This document shows positions 1-9,181 of a DNA stretch of 64,000 nt, in pieces. Position 1 is the stretch's first letter. Each line of letters starts with the position of its first letter. The translations under genes and the position numbers were made by a program. The notes beneath the pieces were generated by a model that worked only from the letters and a program-made list of their open reading frames with translations, did not search any database and was not told where the DNA came from. This DNA is from Clostridiales bacterium DTU089 (GTDB taxonomy: Bacteria > Bacillota > Clostridia > Oscillospirales > Acutalibacteraceae), in contig LFSB01000010.1 of the NCBI GenBank assembly GCA_001513045.1, positions 33,900 to 97,899 on the forward strand, read 5' to 3'.

Positions 1-383
1 GTGACCGCGCACACCTTTTCAAGCTGCTTTACCGGGTCAATTCCCGCGCTTATAAACTGGTTCGGGTAGGGCGTTACTGCCATGATTTTAAAGCCGTTTT
101 CCTTGTAACGTGCGCATTTCTCTTTGAAGGAGGAATAACTGCCAGATATTCTGCCGTCCTTTTCATAAGGGAAGCTTATATCAAAGCGCACCCAGCCTAT
201 ATGCGCGTCCGATATCTGCTTAAAGTTGTCATCGGGATGGCACACGCCGAGGATGGTTCCCCCCGCCTTTTTGCGAAAAGCGTCCGCGTCCGCGGCGGTC
301 TTTTTCATAAAGCTTCCGCGAATGAGGTTGGAGGGGACATATCTTAGGCCGTATTTTATTTGTTCGATAACATATTGCTCCAT
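1..383 (-). CDS. N-terminal part of an ORF that runs off the left edge; possibly a TIM-barrel glycoside hydrolase
   Basis: Hand translation from ATG (383-381) gives MEQYVIEQIKYGLRYVPSNLIRGSF...GWVRFDISFPYEKDG...ENGFKIMAVTPYP with no stop down to position 1. The ATG overlaps the stop of the upstream transporter gene (TGATG). Function is a weak guess from sequence flavour and glycan-locus context. Confidence 0.5.
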   Translation of the reverse strand, partial: MEQYVIEQIKYGLRYVPSNLIRGSFMKKTAADADAFRKKAGGTILGVCHPDDNFKQISDAHIGWVRFDISFPYEKDGRISGSYSSFKEKCARYKENGFKIMAVTPYPNQFISAGIDPVKQLEKVCAV

Positions 384-1990
384 CAGTTATCCTCCGGCTG
401 TTCTCCGGCAAGCATTTCAATCATTTCGTCAATGTTTTCATTTGTGCTGTGCTCGTTGGCGATAAGCGCACGGCGCTCATTGAGCGCGATGTACATCTGC
501 TCACGCTTTTCGCCCTCAAGGTCATAGAAGAAATACGGAATAACCTTTATAAATCTCGGCAAAAGATTTATTCCGACAAACAGGAAAAACACCTTTTGAT
601 AGATAATCTTGCTGCCTTGCGACCAGTAAAGCATTTTAAGGGTTGTGTCATAGCCGGACCATTTGAAGATTTTAATTGTGAGCAATGCGTTAAGCGGCGA
701 AGTTACCTTCTTTATCAAATCGGTAAGGATGTTGAAGGTTCCGTCGGGACGCTCTCCGGTCATATACTCGGTGTAGTCGTTTATTTCTCTGCCGAGCTCG
801 CCCTCGAACACGTTAGACGGACCGTTGTTTGCGCCCTCAAGCCCGTAAAACAGCGCATAGAGGAGTATCATAACCCAGCGCTTATCAACAAATTTCACAC
901 CGGACAGGGTCAGAAGACCCGCGCAAATGAGGTCCCAGGTGCGCAGCCAAATAACCGCCCGCTTATTGTTGTTCTTAAAAAGCTTTTGAAATTTCGGGAT
1001 GAAGGTGACGCTTAACGGGTCGAGAACTCTGTAGGGTGCGTAGGCACAGGCGGAAAACAGGGTGCCGCCGAAAATCTCCATCTGCGTTACAACGTCCCAC
1101 GAGTAGCCGCCCTCGCTCCACCAGCTTGTTGCAAAGCTTGCGACGAAGTTTCTGCGTGCATACTTATTCTTCAGAACATAAAACAGCGATTTGGATATCG
1201 GCGCGGGCTTGGGCTGAAGCAAAATTCTTTCCTTGCAGCCGATTGCCATTGCTATATTGCTGAACATGCCGAAGCTCGCCGTAATGCATGATATGACCGC
1301 GAATACCATCGACATCGGAGCATTTATATAGCCCTTGTTGTTAAGCTCCATAAGCGGCAGGAAGATGATATAAACTATCTGCGCGCCTATTTCACCTATA
1401 TAGGTGTTGAGCAGCCCGACGTTTATTCTGTCCTTGGGGTTCGGAGACATAAGTGTTACCATGTTGTTTCGCGGTATTGCGTATATTGTTGAGAAGGTTT
1501 CCTGCAAGAACAGCATGACAAACACAAAGAGTATTTTTTTAGGATTGTCGCCGGAGGTGTCGCCCAGAAACAGCGCTCCGCTGAAAAGAACCGCGGTGCT
1601 TGCAAAATAAGGTATCGCGGCAAAGGCGACATACGGACGCGCCTTGCCCCAGCGGGTTCGTGTTTTGTCATAGGCTATGCCCATGAGGGGGTTGTTGAGT
1701 ATATCATATATACCTATAAGAGTGAGCATAGCGGTGACATATACCATGTCTATTTTCAGCACGTTTACGAAATAGAGTGTGCGGTAGTAGGTGATACCGC
1801 TTAGAAGCCTCGTGGCAAATTCCGCAACGGAGGGGAATGCCATTTCCTTTGAGGTCAGCACCCGCGTGTGAAACATTTTAATGGCTATTTTGCTGTACCT
1901 GTTGAGCTTGGTTTTCTCAATATGCGCGGCGGCATTTTCCTCCGCGCCGAAAATCTTTTCGGAAAGATTCTTTTTTACGGGCTCACTCAT
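383..1990 (-). CDS. MFS/GPH-family glycoside-pentoside-hexuronide:cation symporter
   Basis: 535-aa polytopic ORF. The N-terminal block DILNNPLMGIAYDKTRTRWGKARPY is typical of MelB/GusB-type GPH carriers. GGAGGTGG SD lies upstream of the ATG. Confidence 0.75.
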   Translation of the reverse strand: MSEPVKKNLSEKIFGAEENAAAHIEKTKLNRYSKIAIKMFHTRVLTSKEMAFPSVAEFATRLLSGITYYRTLYFVNVLKIDMVYVTAMLTLIGIYDILNNPLMGIAYDKTRTRWGKARPYVAFAAIPYFASTAVLFSGALFLGDTSGDNPKKILFVFVMLFLQETFSTIYAIPRNNMVTLMSPNPKDRINVGLLNTYIGEIGAQIVYIIFLPLMELNNKGYINAPMSMVFAVISCITASFGMFSNIAMAIGCKERILLQPKPAPISKSLFYVLKNKYARRNFVASFATSWWSEGGYSWDVVTQMEIFGGTLFSACAYAPYRVLDPLSVTFIPKFQKLFKNNNKRAVIWLRTWDLICAGLLTLSGVKFVDKRWVMILLYALFYGLEGANNGPSNVFEGELGREINDYTEYMTGERPDGTFNILTDLIKKVTSPLNALLTIKIFKWSGYDTTLKMLYWSQGSKIIYQKVFFLFVGINLLPRFIKVIPYFFYDLEGEKREQMYIALNERRALIANEHSTNENIDEMIEMLAGEQPEDN

Positions 1991-3396
1991 GATACCACCT
2001 CCGTTTTACATGTTGCCTTATAGAAGCCGTCATCGGAAAGTGCATAGATGTTTGCGGCTCCGGGACTCACTGCGGTTATCGTGCCGTTGTTGTCAACCGT
2101 AGCCACAGCCTCGTTGTCGGAATACCAGGTTACGGTTTTGACAGTTGCCTTTTTGGGAGAGACTGTTGCGGAGAGTGTGAAGTTCTCACCCTGTCTGAGC
2201 TCCAGCTTTCTTTTTGAAATATCAAGACTTTCAACCGCGGTTTTTACGAATATCTCACACTCGTCGCTGTAGGTCTTTCCGTTGAAAACGAAGCTTGCGG
2301 TTATTATCGTCTTTCCTGATTTTTTACCGCTCTTTACATAGCCCTCGGAGTCCACCGTTGCAACCGATTCGTCAGAGCTTGCCCAGGTGACGGTTTGTTT
2401 GACCGGCTCATTGCATGTGAGGGTAGCTTTAAGTGCCTCGGTTGTGCCGAATTCCATGGACAGAGAATCGGAGGAGAGCTTTATGCCCGCCCATGAGAAT
2501 GAGAATTTTACGCTTTCGCGTGAGGTGAAATATACCGGCTGCTTGCCGAGCTGCTCAAACATACCGGTGAAATCGGCGGAGGTATTTATATCGGATTTTT
2601 TATAGTATTCGAGGGAGTATATCTGAAGGCTGAACCGGTTTATTCTTGCGGTTATTTTTATATTGCTGTAAGCTGCCTCGAAATCACCGCAGGTCAGATA
2701 ATTCTCGAACGCATTGCCTATGAAGCCGTCAATATCCGACTGAGTTCGCATACGGAAGGTCTTCGTTGCAGCGGCATCGGTAAGGTCAAGCGTCAGAACA
2801 TAGTCGTCATGATATCTTTTCTCAAGCGGCTCCGGGTTGTCACAAGCAGGGCATCTGTCGGAGGGTGTGTCAAAATCCTCCTCACATTGCGGACACACAT
2901 AATAGATGTAGGTGCATTTAAAATCTGTTATATCATCCGCCGTGATGTTCGGAAGCCACAGCTTGTTTTCAAGCCCCTCGCCGTAGTCTGCCGACAGGTC
3001 GGGGAAGCTGTCCTCAAGCGCGTCCGAAGCACTGTCCTTGATATGCTTTGCAACCGTGGCGGCGAGAGCGGTTTTTTCGTCGCCTATGCGTATTCCGTCG
3101 CCCTCGTTTTCGGCTTTATCCTCATCGTCATCGTTTGTGCCGAATCTTACCGAATCTGAAACCGAGAGTGCCGGCTTTATTTCGAGCGCATTATCTATCG
3201 CGCCGTTGAGCAGGGCAAGGGCGTCCTGCTTTGTCTGCGGGCAGGCGACAACACCCTCGGTAAGATTTGCCGGAATCATTGTGCCCTCCATTTCAAGCAG
3301 ACTGTTTGCTCCCCAGACGACACCGAAGACGAAGAAAAAGCACAGCAGTGCAATTACGGCAACCGGAAGCAGCTTTTTACCGTCAAATTTACGCAT
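1987..3396 (-). CDS. Membrane-anchored protein with internal CxxC...CxxC zinc ribbon and two C-terminal Big_2 (bacterial Ig-like) repeats
   Basis: 469-aa ORF with an N-terminal hydrophobic anchor and the motif CPQCEEDFDTPSDRCPACD. Two repeats of the type VTWxSSDxxVATVDxxGxV are Big_2-like. GGAGGTG SD; 4-nt overlap with the transporter gene. Confidence 0.6.
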   Translation of the reverse strand: MRKFDGKKLLPVAVIALLCFFFVFGVVWGANSLLEMEGTMIPANLTEGVVACPQTKQDALALLNGAIDNALEIKPALSVSDSVRFGTNDDDEDKAENEGDGIRIGDEKTALAATVAKHIKDSASDALEDSFPDLSADYGEGLENKLWLPNITADDITDFKCTYIYYVCPQCEEDFDTPSDRCPACDNPEPLEKRYHDDYVLTLDLTDAAATKTFRMRTQSDIDGFIGNAFENYLTCGDFEAAYSNIKITARINRFSLQIYSLEYYKKSDINTSADFTGMFEQLGKQPVYFTSRESVKFSFSWAGIKLSSDSLSMEFGTTEALKATLTCNEPVKQTVTWASSDESVATVDSEGYVKSGKKSGKTIITASFVFNGKTYSDECEIFVKTAVESLDISKRKLELRQGENFTLSATVSPKKATVKTVTWYSDNEAVATVDNNGTITAVSPGAANIYALSDDGFYKATCKTEVVS

Positions 3397-4282
3397 CTGC
3401 CGTCACCTCCTTATCCGCATGCTTGTCGGTGTATTTTTGACGTTCCTTTTCAATTTCCGCCTCGATGGCGCGTGTCTCGGCAGTCTCAACTATCGGCTGA
3501 GGCAAATCCTCAAGCTTGATTTCGCCGGACTTTACCTTCTTTGCGATTTCGGCACGTTCAAGCGCTCCCTCGTCGTATTCAACGGGGAGTCCTCTTTTGG
3601 CAACGAGAAGGTTGAGAGTAAATACCACGGCAAAAGCAAGTGCGGCGACAATACATCCCAAGGAGGTGCTGCCGGAAAGTATTTCGGCAGATACAGCCTT
3701 GCTCGCAGTTGCAAAATTGTTGACAAGCACCGTCGAGGCAACTGAGCACACAGTGCCGAGCACGGAAAAAGCGCATAACAGGCGTGCCATGTTTTTTATA
3801 CTGATAAAGCACAGCACGGTCCCCAGCAGAACAAGCACGGCAAATACCGCCGCTCCGGCAAAGGCGAAAAGTGATGCCTGAAGCGCCGAAAAGGCCTTGC
3901 CGAAAATTTCGGATGCCGTCATCTCTCCGATGAAGCCGAGCGTGCCGTCGGAAAAAATATTGTATATTCCGAGCGCGCTCACCGGGATTTCCTGCTTCAA
4001 AAACGGGAAATTTATCACGGCGTTTCCGGTGGGTGCGAGCATGGCAAGCAAGGGCAGAAGAAATACGCAGAGTCTTGCGAGTGAAAGCTTGTTTGCAAGA
4101 AACGCTCTTTTGAACTTGCGTATGAGGATATGTACCTTTGCAGATGACAGCTCCGCCATTTTTGCGTCCGTTGTAAAGCGCTCCTCAAAGCCGTAGAAGC
4201 GCATATTTGTTCCGCAGTGAGGACATTTCTGCCCTATATCGAACAAACGGAGTTTTTTTTGGCATTTCGGACATACGCCCAT
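3389..4282 (-). CDS. Polytopic membrane protein with N-terminal zinc ribbon (CPKC-x10-CPHC); unknown function
   Basis: The ORF is open from 4324 (GTG). ATG at 4291 or 4282 is more plausible, and an AGGGG SD favours 4282. There are several hydrophobic spans and an acidic/lysine-rich C-terminal tail. 8-nt overlap with the downstream Big_2 gene. Confidence 0.55.
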   Translation of the reverse strand: MGVCPKCQKKLRLFDIGQKCPHCGTNMRFYGFEERFTTDAKMAELSSAKVHILIRKFKRAFLANKLSLARLCVFLLPLLAMLAPTGNAVINFPFLKQEIPVSALGIYNIFSDGTLGFIGEMTASEIFGKAFSALQASLFAFAGAAVFAVLVLLGTVLCFISIKNMARLLCAFSVLGTVCSVASTVLVNNFATASKAVSAEILSGSTSLGCIVAALAFAVVFTLNLLVAKRGLPVEYDEGALERAEIAKKVKSGEIKLEDLPQPIVETAETRAIEAEIEKERQKYTDKHADKEVTADA

Positions 4283-4345
4283 CAAACCCATCCCCTTTTT
4301 CGGCACACCGGCAAAACGGCGCACCTGTATTTTATTCGGTTTTAT

Positions 4346-5140
4346 TTAAAGTCTTCCGAGCTTTTTGAATTGGCTCGGCGACATATTTGCGCGCTCGGAA
4401 AAGCACTGATTGAAGCTTCTGACGCTGTTGAAGCCCACGCTGAACGCTATTTCGGATATGCTCATATCCGTTGAGCGTAAAAGAATGATGGCTTTGTCAA
4501 AGCGGAAATCCTTGAGATAGTCGGAAAAGCCTATTTTATCACCGGAATTAAGCACTCTGCTCAGGTGGGAGCGGTTGACGTTCAGCTCATCTGCGAGACT
4601 CTGAAGCGTGAGCGGATTTGAAAAATTTTCCTGCATATAGGTTATTGCGCTCGCAAACAGGTTGTAGCTCGATTCTTTCTCAATGTGAGTGAGCTCGTTT
4701 TTTTCAATAAAATCCGAGCACAGCAGATAGACGAACGCACTGAGTGTAATTGCGTCGTCACAGGGCTTTTCAACAAGATTTTCGGTTACAAGCTTATTTA
4801 TATCCGCATCGGGGCGGTAAGGGCTGCTTTTCGGCAGGCAGCCTGCAGTTCTGGAACAAAACAGAGGAACGAGCTCTCCGGGGAATATTATTGTGTATGA
4901 GTCGGAGTGCTCGGGAGTATAAATTGAGTGAAGATGGTTCGGGAAAATCAGAACGGCGTCTCCCTCAAGCAATTTTACGTTTTCGCCGTCGAGCGTGACA
5001 TTCAGACAGCCTCCGGCTACATATATATATTCAAAAGAGGTTTGCAAATGCAATCTGAAAACAGCATCGATTCCGCGCTGTCCGGTAAACTCAATGCCCT
5101 CCTTGAAAATTTTACGCTGACGTGCAATTCTTTTGTACAT
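4346..5140 (-). CDS. AraC-family transcriptional regulator (cupin sensor + HTH_18)
   Basis: The C-terminal part (LTLQSLADELNVNRSHLSRVL...SISEIAFSVGFNSVRSFNQCFSE) is the AraC double-HTH signature. AAGAGG SD sits 8 nt before the ATG at 5140. Divergent from the GH92-like gene. Confidence 0.85.
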   Translation of the reverse strand: MYKRIARQRKIFKEGIEFTGQRGIDAVFRLHLQTSFEYIYVAGGCLNVTLDGENVKLLEGDAVLIFPNHLHSIYTPEHSDSYTIIFPGELVPLFCSRTAGCLPKSSPYRPDADINKLVTENLVEKPCDDAITLSAFVYLLCSDFIEKNELTHIEKESSYNLFASAITYMQENFSNPLTLQSLADELNVNRSHLSRVLNSGDKIGFSDYLKDFRFDKAIILLRSTDMSISEIAFSVGFNSVRSFNQCFSERANMSPSQFKKLGRL

Positions 5141-5279
5141 CGGGTTCACCTCTTATCCATTATAATTAACTCGCAAAAATTATGCAACAAAAAAATCAAA
5201 AATGCAAATATTTTGCCATATGTGCTTGTCAATTGCGACATTTTTGCTTTACGGCGACTATTTCAAGGCGAAAACTCCT

Positions 5280-5308
5280 TTGTCACAAAAAGAAAAAGTG
5301 TACATAAT
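5280..5308 (+). promoter_or_regulatory. Candidate sigma-A promoter for GH92-like gene
   Basis: TTGTCA, 17-nt spacer, CATAAT, about 55 nt upstream of the TTG start. Sequence pattern only. Confidence 0.35.
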
Positions 5309-5362
5309 CGGGATTTTATGATAAGATAAGCTGCAGAGAGATATCTGACGGAGGCGAGTTCA

Positions 5363-7414
5363 TTGAAGGATTACTGTAAATTTGTAAACGTGTTTCAGGG
5401 CTGCTCCGAGACAAAACTGCCGCAACCTCAGGGGATTGCGGCAACATGGCATTTCATAAAGGCGATAACCGGCAACACCCTGCCGGCGGCGGTTCTTCCG
5501 TTCGGCAAATATTCCTGCTGCGCGTATACAGAAGGCTATCCGGGAGGTTACGGCGACCATCTTCCGAACTCCTGCCCTTCGGATTTGCGCTTCCTTTCCG
5601 AGGGAGCAAGGTTTCGGGGGCTTTCGCATTTTCATCAGAGCGGCACAGGCGCTATTGACTACTACTACAATTATGCCGTGACGCAGCCGTATATGGGTCT
5701 GCTCCCGCCGGAGAACGGGTGCGGCATACTTTCACAGGAGGGAACGCCCGGATATTATTCCGTGACAGGAGAGGACGGAATCCGAAGTGAGGCTGCGGTT
5801 TCGCACAATTCCGTATATCACCGCTTTACATTTCCCGGCTCCGGCGGAAGGATTGCCGTGGATTTCACAAATGACGGGCTGATGAAAACCGACAGCAGAA
5901 TGTACAGCCGTCCGCAGAGCGGAAAGGTATCGCTGCTGAGCGAAACCGAGGTTTGCGCCGAGGTAACGCTCGACGGCCTGAAGCAGTATTTTTATTACAA
6001 ATGCGAGGGCGCCCGGGTTGTGAGTCTGTTGCGCTCGGGCGAGCCGGTTCCGGGCAGGTCCGCCGCCTTCGGCGAAACAAAGGACACCTATGGTGTGCTT
6101 TTCAAAGCAGAGGGTGAAACGGTAAACGGATGTCTCGGCGCTTCATTTAAGAGTGCGCAGGCGGCAAAGGAGGACTGCTTAAAGGATGAGGGCGGCTTCG
6201 ATGAGGTGCGTCTGAATGCATACAGGCAGTGGAACGAAAAGCTCGGCTCGATTGAAATAGAAAGCTCCGATGAGAAGGAGCTTGAAATATTTTATTCAAA
6301 TCTTTATCATTCCATTATTAAACCGTCCGACCGGAGCGGTGAATGTCCGCTGTGGCAGGATGACGGCTTTGTTGTGGATTTTTCCACAATGTGGGACATA
6401 TATAAAACACAGCTCCCGCTTGTGCTGACGCTTTATCCGGAGGCTGCTCAAAAAATTGTAAACACCATACTCGATTGCGGCAGACATCTCGGCGCGTTTC
6501 CGCACACCATGGTTATGCGGGAGGGCTTCCTTGAGGATTCTCTTCAGGCGTGTATGCTTGCCGAATATACCGTATGTGACGCCTTTTACAGAGGCGTGAA
6601 AGCGGACTATGCGGACGCGCTTGAGCGTATGGTGAGGGATATATACAGGCCTTCATATAAAAATCTGATTGACGGAGAGCTTCCGCCGAGAATTACACAT
6701 ATTCTGGACGCGGCGGACGCATGCGCGGCGGTTGCACAGCTTGCAAGACTTACGGGTTACGGTCAGGTTGCGCAGAAGCTGGAGAAAACAGCGCAAAGAC
6801 GCGCCGAGTGCTATGATTCCGAAACGGGTCTGCTCAAAGCCGATGCCGATTATTATGAGGGTAATGTGTGGAATTATTCCTTCCGTTTGCATCCCGATAT
6901 GGAGCGGCGTATTGAAGTCGCCGGGGGCACACAGTCCTTTACCGCCCTGCTCGACCGATTTTTCGGGTACACCTTCCCGGAGTCGGTTGAAACCCGTTTT
7001 GAGGGCTTTAATAACGAGCCTGATATGGAAACACCCTATGCATATCATTTCGTCGGCAGACATGACCGTATAAGTGAGATAATCGATGCTTCAAGGAAAT
7101 ATATGTTTGTGTCCGGAAACGGAGGCTTGCCGGGAAACAACGATTCAGGAGGACTTTCCTCATGCTTTGTGTGGAATGCAATCGGCATTTTCCCCGTTAC
7201 AGGGCAGGACCTTATGATTATCGGAACTCCGCTTTATAAAAAAGCCGTTCTGCATCTTCAGAACGGAAAAACCTTTACCGTTGAACGCTCAGGTGAGGGT
7301 ATATATGTAAAGCGCGCCGCGCTTGACGGGCAGACGCTTGCAAAGCTGGAATTTCCCGTTACGCGGATGATGCGTTCGGGCACTCTGACGCTTGAAATGT
7401 GCAATGAGATATAA
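5363..7414 (+). CDS. GH92-like glycoside hydrolase (alpha-mannosidase family)
   Basis: 683 aa with a TTG start and GGAGG SD. Blocks MWDIYKTQLPLVLTLYPE, YEGNVWNYSFRLHPD, FNNEPDMETPYAYHF and PGNNDSGGLSSCFVWNAIGIFPVTG resemble conserved GH92 blocks, from memory. Confidence 0.65.
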   Translation: MKDYCKFVNVFQGCSETKLPQPQGIAATWHFIKAITGNTLPAAVLPFGKYSCCAYTEGYPGGYGDHLPNSCPSDLRFLSEGARFRGLSHFHQSGTGAIDYYYNYAVTQPYMGLLPPENGCGILSQEGTPGYYSVTGEDGIRSEAAVSHNSVYHRFTFPGSGGRIAVDFTNDGLMKTDSRMYSRPQSGKVSLLSETEVCAEVTLDGLKQYFYYKCEGARVVSLLRSGEPVPGRSAAFGETKDTYGVLFKAEGETVNGCLGASFKSAQAAKEDCLKDEGGFDEVRLNAYRQWNEKLGSIEIESSDEKELEIFYSNLYHSIIKPSDRSGECPLWQDDGFVVDFSTMWDIYKTQLPLVLTLYPEAAQKIVNTILDCGRHLGAFPHTMVMREGFLEDSLQACMLAEYTVCDAFYRGVKADYADALERMVRDIYRPSYKNLIDGELPPRITHILDAADACAAVAQLARLTGYGQVAQKLEKTAQRRAECYDSETGLLKADADYYEGNVWNYSFRLHPDMERRIEVAGGTQSFTALLDRFFGYTFPESVETRFEGFNNEPDMETPYAYHFVGRHDRISEIIDASRKYMFVSGNGGLPGNNDSGGLSSCFVWNAIGIFPVTGQDLMIIGTPLYKKAVLHLQNGKTFTVERSGEGIYVKRAALDGQTLAKLEFPVTRMMRSGTLTLEMCNEI

Positions 7415-7419
7415 AAAAA

Positions 7420-7443
7420 CTCCCCGTAAGGGGAGCTTTTTGT
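7420..7443. terminator. Bidirectional intrinsic terminator
   Basis: CTCCCC-GTAA-GGGGAG hairpin flanked by an A-run and a T-run, between convergent genes. Confidence 0.7.
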
Positions 7444-7459
7444 TGAAACTTCGGCGATT

Positions 7460-8101
7460 TTATTGCTTTACAACAGGCTTTATAGGATGCCTTATGACTG
7501 TTTTCCATTTTTCCGACGGAACCTTCCTCGCGTCGGACATGTATATTTCATGGTGCAGACGGGTGTCGGTAATATCATTTTCATAGCCCTGAGCGCAGAT
7601 GAATTCATCCATGAGCGCAACGGATTCCGGCTCGTCATCGAAGGCGCCTATATGCATAATCTGAACGCATAAGCCCTCGTCAACACTGAGAAATTCGGCA
7701 GATGAGCAGTCAAGCTTTTTCTTTTCGGTTGCCGTGCGCACAGCCCAGTCAAAGTCGGCACGGGTTATAAAATCCGGCAGACGTATAACGGATATCCATT
7801 TAAATGTCTCTTTTCTCGTGGGGTCGAAGCCGTCAACGCCGTCCTGCTGCCAGAATCCCTCAAGCGGGGGGACTACATACTGAAAAAAACCTTCGATTTT
7901 ATGCTCGCCCATGTAGCTCATCTTTAAGGTATAAGCAATTGCGTAGAGAACGCCCACAGCCTTTTTGTATGCTCCGTCCTCGTCGTTGGGGTTGCCCGTG
8001 CCACGTACCGCAATATAGTTGGCCGCAGGTACGCTTACAAGCTCCGGCTTGCGTCCGGGCATGTAAAACTCCTTGTATTCTTTTTTAAAGTCGAATGCCA
8101 T
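7460..8101 (-). CDS. GyrI-like small-molecule-binding domain protein
   Basis: MAFDFKKEYKEFYMPGRKPELVSVPAANYIAVRGTGNPN is the typical N-terminus of GyrI-like/effector-binding proteins. AAGAGG SD sits 8 nt before the ATG at 8101. Confidence 0.75.
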   Translation of the reverse strand: MAFDFKKEYKEFYMPGRKPELVSVPAANYIAVRGTGNPNDEDGAYKKAVGVLYAIAYTLKMSYMGEHKIEGFFQYVVPPLEGFWQQDGVDGFDPTRKETFKWISVIRLPDFITRADFDWAVRTATEKKKLDCSSAEFLSVDEGLCVQIMHIGAFDDEPESVALMDEFICAQGYENDITDTRLHHEIYMSDARKVPSEKWKTVIRHPIKPVVKQ

Positions 8102-8144
8102 ATATTTCACCTCTTGAGTATGAGTATATCAGAAGCGGTTAATT

Positions 8145-8230
8145 GTTTCAAGTGATATGCCGATTTTGCAGGCGGCAATTTCGGCAATATTCCTTTTGCG
8201 TCGGGACAGCGCAGCTGAGCACAATCTGCT
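8145..8230 (+). repeat. Degenerate 5' fragment (A') of the heptamer-hairpin element family
   Basis: TTCAAGTGATATGCCGA (8147-8163) is identical to 9002-9018. The downstream sequence keeps only loose similarity to copy A (GCAATATTCC vs GTGATATTCA). Confidence 0.6.
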
Positions 8231-8269
8231 TGATAAACAAAGCTTATGAAGTCGGGATTTTGCCCGGTG

Positions 8270-8779
8270 TTATACTTTCTTCCGGGTCAGGAAAATCCCG
8301 ACAATTAATAATATAAGGGTAATCGGTGCCACTCTGAAAAACAGCCATTCATATGCGTGAAGGGTCACTCCGACGACGGCAGTTTCGGGGTCGCTGTAAT
8401 CCCAGCCCAGGTAAGGACTGTTTATTGTGATTAAGACAGCGGATATTACCACTATGAGAACACATAATGAGATGAGAATCCAATGAAGTATTCTTCTTCT
8501 CGCAGTCTTTCTTTGTGCAAGCTGAAGGTTGATAACCTCCAGCTTTTCGGCAATCGCTTTTAAGTCGTCCGCCTTATGCTCTGAAACAGTTTCTCCGAGT
8601 AAAGTGCTTACAGGCGTTTCAAGCACCTCGGATATAGAAATCAGCATATCCGAATCCGGAACCGACAAGCCCTGCTCCCATTTTGAAATTGTTTGCCGTA
8701 CCACGTTCAGCTTAACGGCAAGCTCCTCCTGCGAGAGCCCTTTTGACTTTCTGATTGCTTTAATGTTTTCGTTTAACAT
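8270..8779 (-). CDS. XRE-family HTH regulator with C-terminal transmembrane segments
   Basis: N-terminus MLNENIKAIRKSKGLSQEELAVKLNVVRQTISKWEQG is an HTH_3 domain. Two hydrophobic spans lie at the C-terminus. GAGGT SD. Confidence 0.8.
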   Translation of the reverse strand: MLNENIKAIRKSKGLSQEELAVKLNVVRQTISKWEQGLSVPDSDMLISISEVLETPVSTLLGETVSEHKADDLKAIAEKLEVINLQLAQRKTARRRILHWILISLCVLIVVISAVLITINSPYLGWDYSDPETAVVGVTLHAYEWLFFRVAPITLILLIVGIFLTRKKV

Positions 8780-8961
8780 CAGGGTGACCTCTTTTCTTCA
8801 GTTCGTTACCGCTATTGTATAAACAACAGGCCGTTGCGTCAAGCAACGCATATTAACATTAAAGCGTATTGCCGAGCACTTCTCTTTTTGTAAAGAGGTT
8901 ACAAAAAAGATGCCCGGCATTTTTTAAAATGAGGACTTGAACTAACATATCATTTGCTCGA

Positions 8962-8993
8962 CAAACCGGAATTTGTGCGCGCACGCACAAATT
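8962..8993 (+). repeat. Short hairpin repeat H (copy 1)
   Basis: ACAAACCGGAATTTGTGCGC is shared 20/20 with 54554-54573. It forms AATTTGTGCG-CGCA-CGCACAAATT, a 10-bp stem. Confidence 0.7.
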
Positions 8994-9001
8994 ACAGTTT
9001 A

Positions 9002-9181
9002 TTCAAGTGATATGCCGACTTCGTCGGCGTGATATTCATGCCTTGCGACAAGAGTGATATTTCTCGCTGCGCTCGAAGTGATATTCTAATCGCGTCCAAA
9101 ACGCGCGAAGTGCATATCACTACCGAAGGTAATATCACGCGACGAAGTCGCATATAACTCGTGCTTGCGCGAATAGAACTG
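9002..9181 (+). repeat. Heptamer-hairpin structured element, copy A (candidate sRNA or structured DNA site)
   Basis: GTGATAT at 9007, 9029, 9054 and 9078, separated by hairpins. ATATCAC/ATATAAC at 9114, 9132 and 9152, also separated by hairpins. Same skeleton as 56471-56647. Confidence 0.85.

Noticed and set aside
9002-9181. Heptamer arrays considered as a CRISPR array or a type III (ToxI-like) antitoxin repeat
   Set aside because: The repeat unit is only 7 nt and the spacers are self-complementary hairpins. The second half is the inverse of the first. No cas gene or toxN-like gene follows; a convergent tRNA follows the terminator instead.
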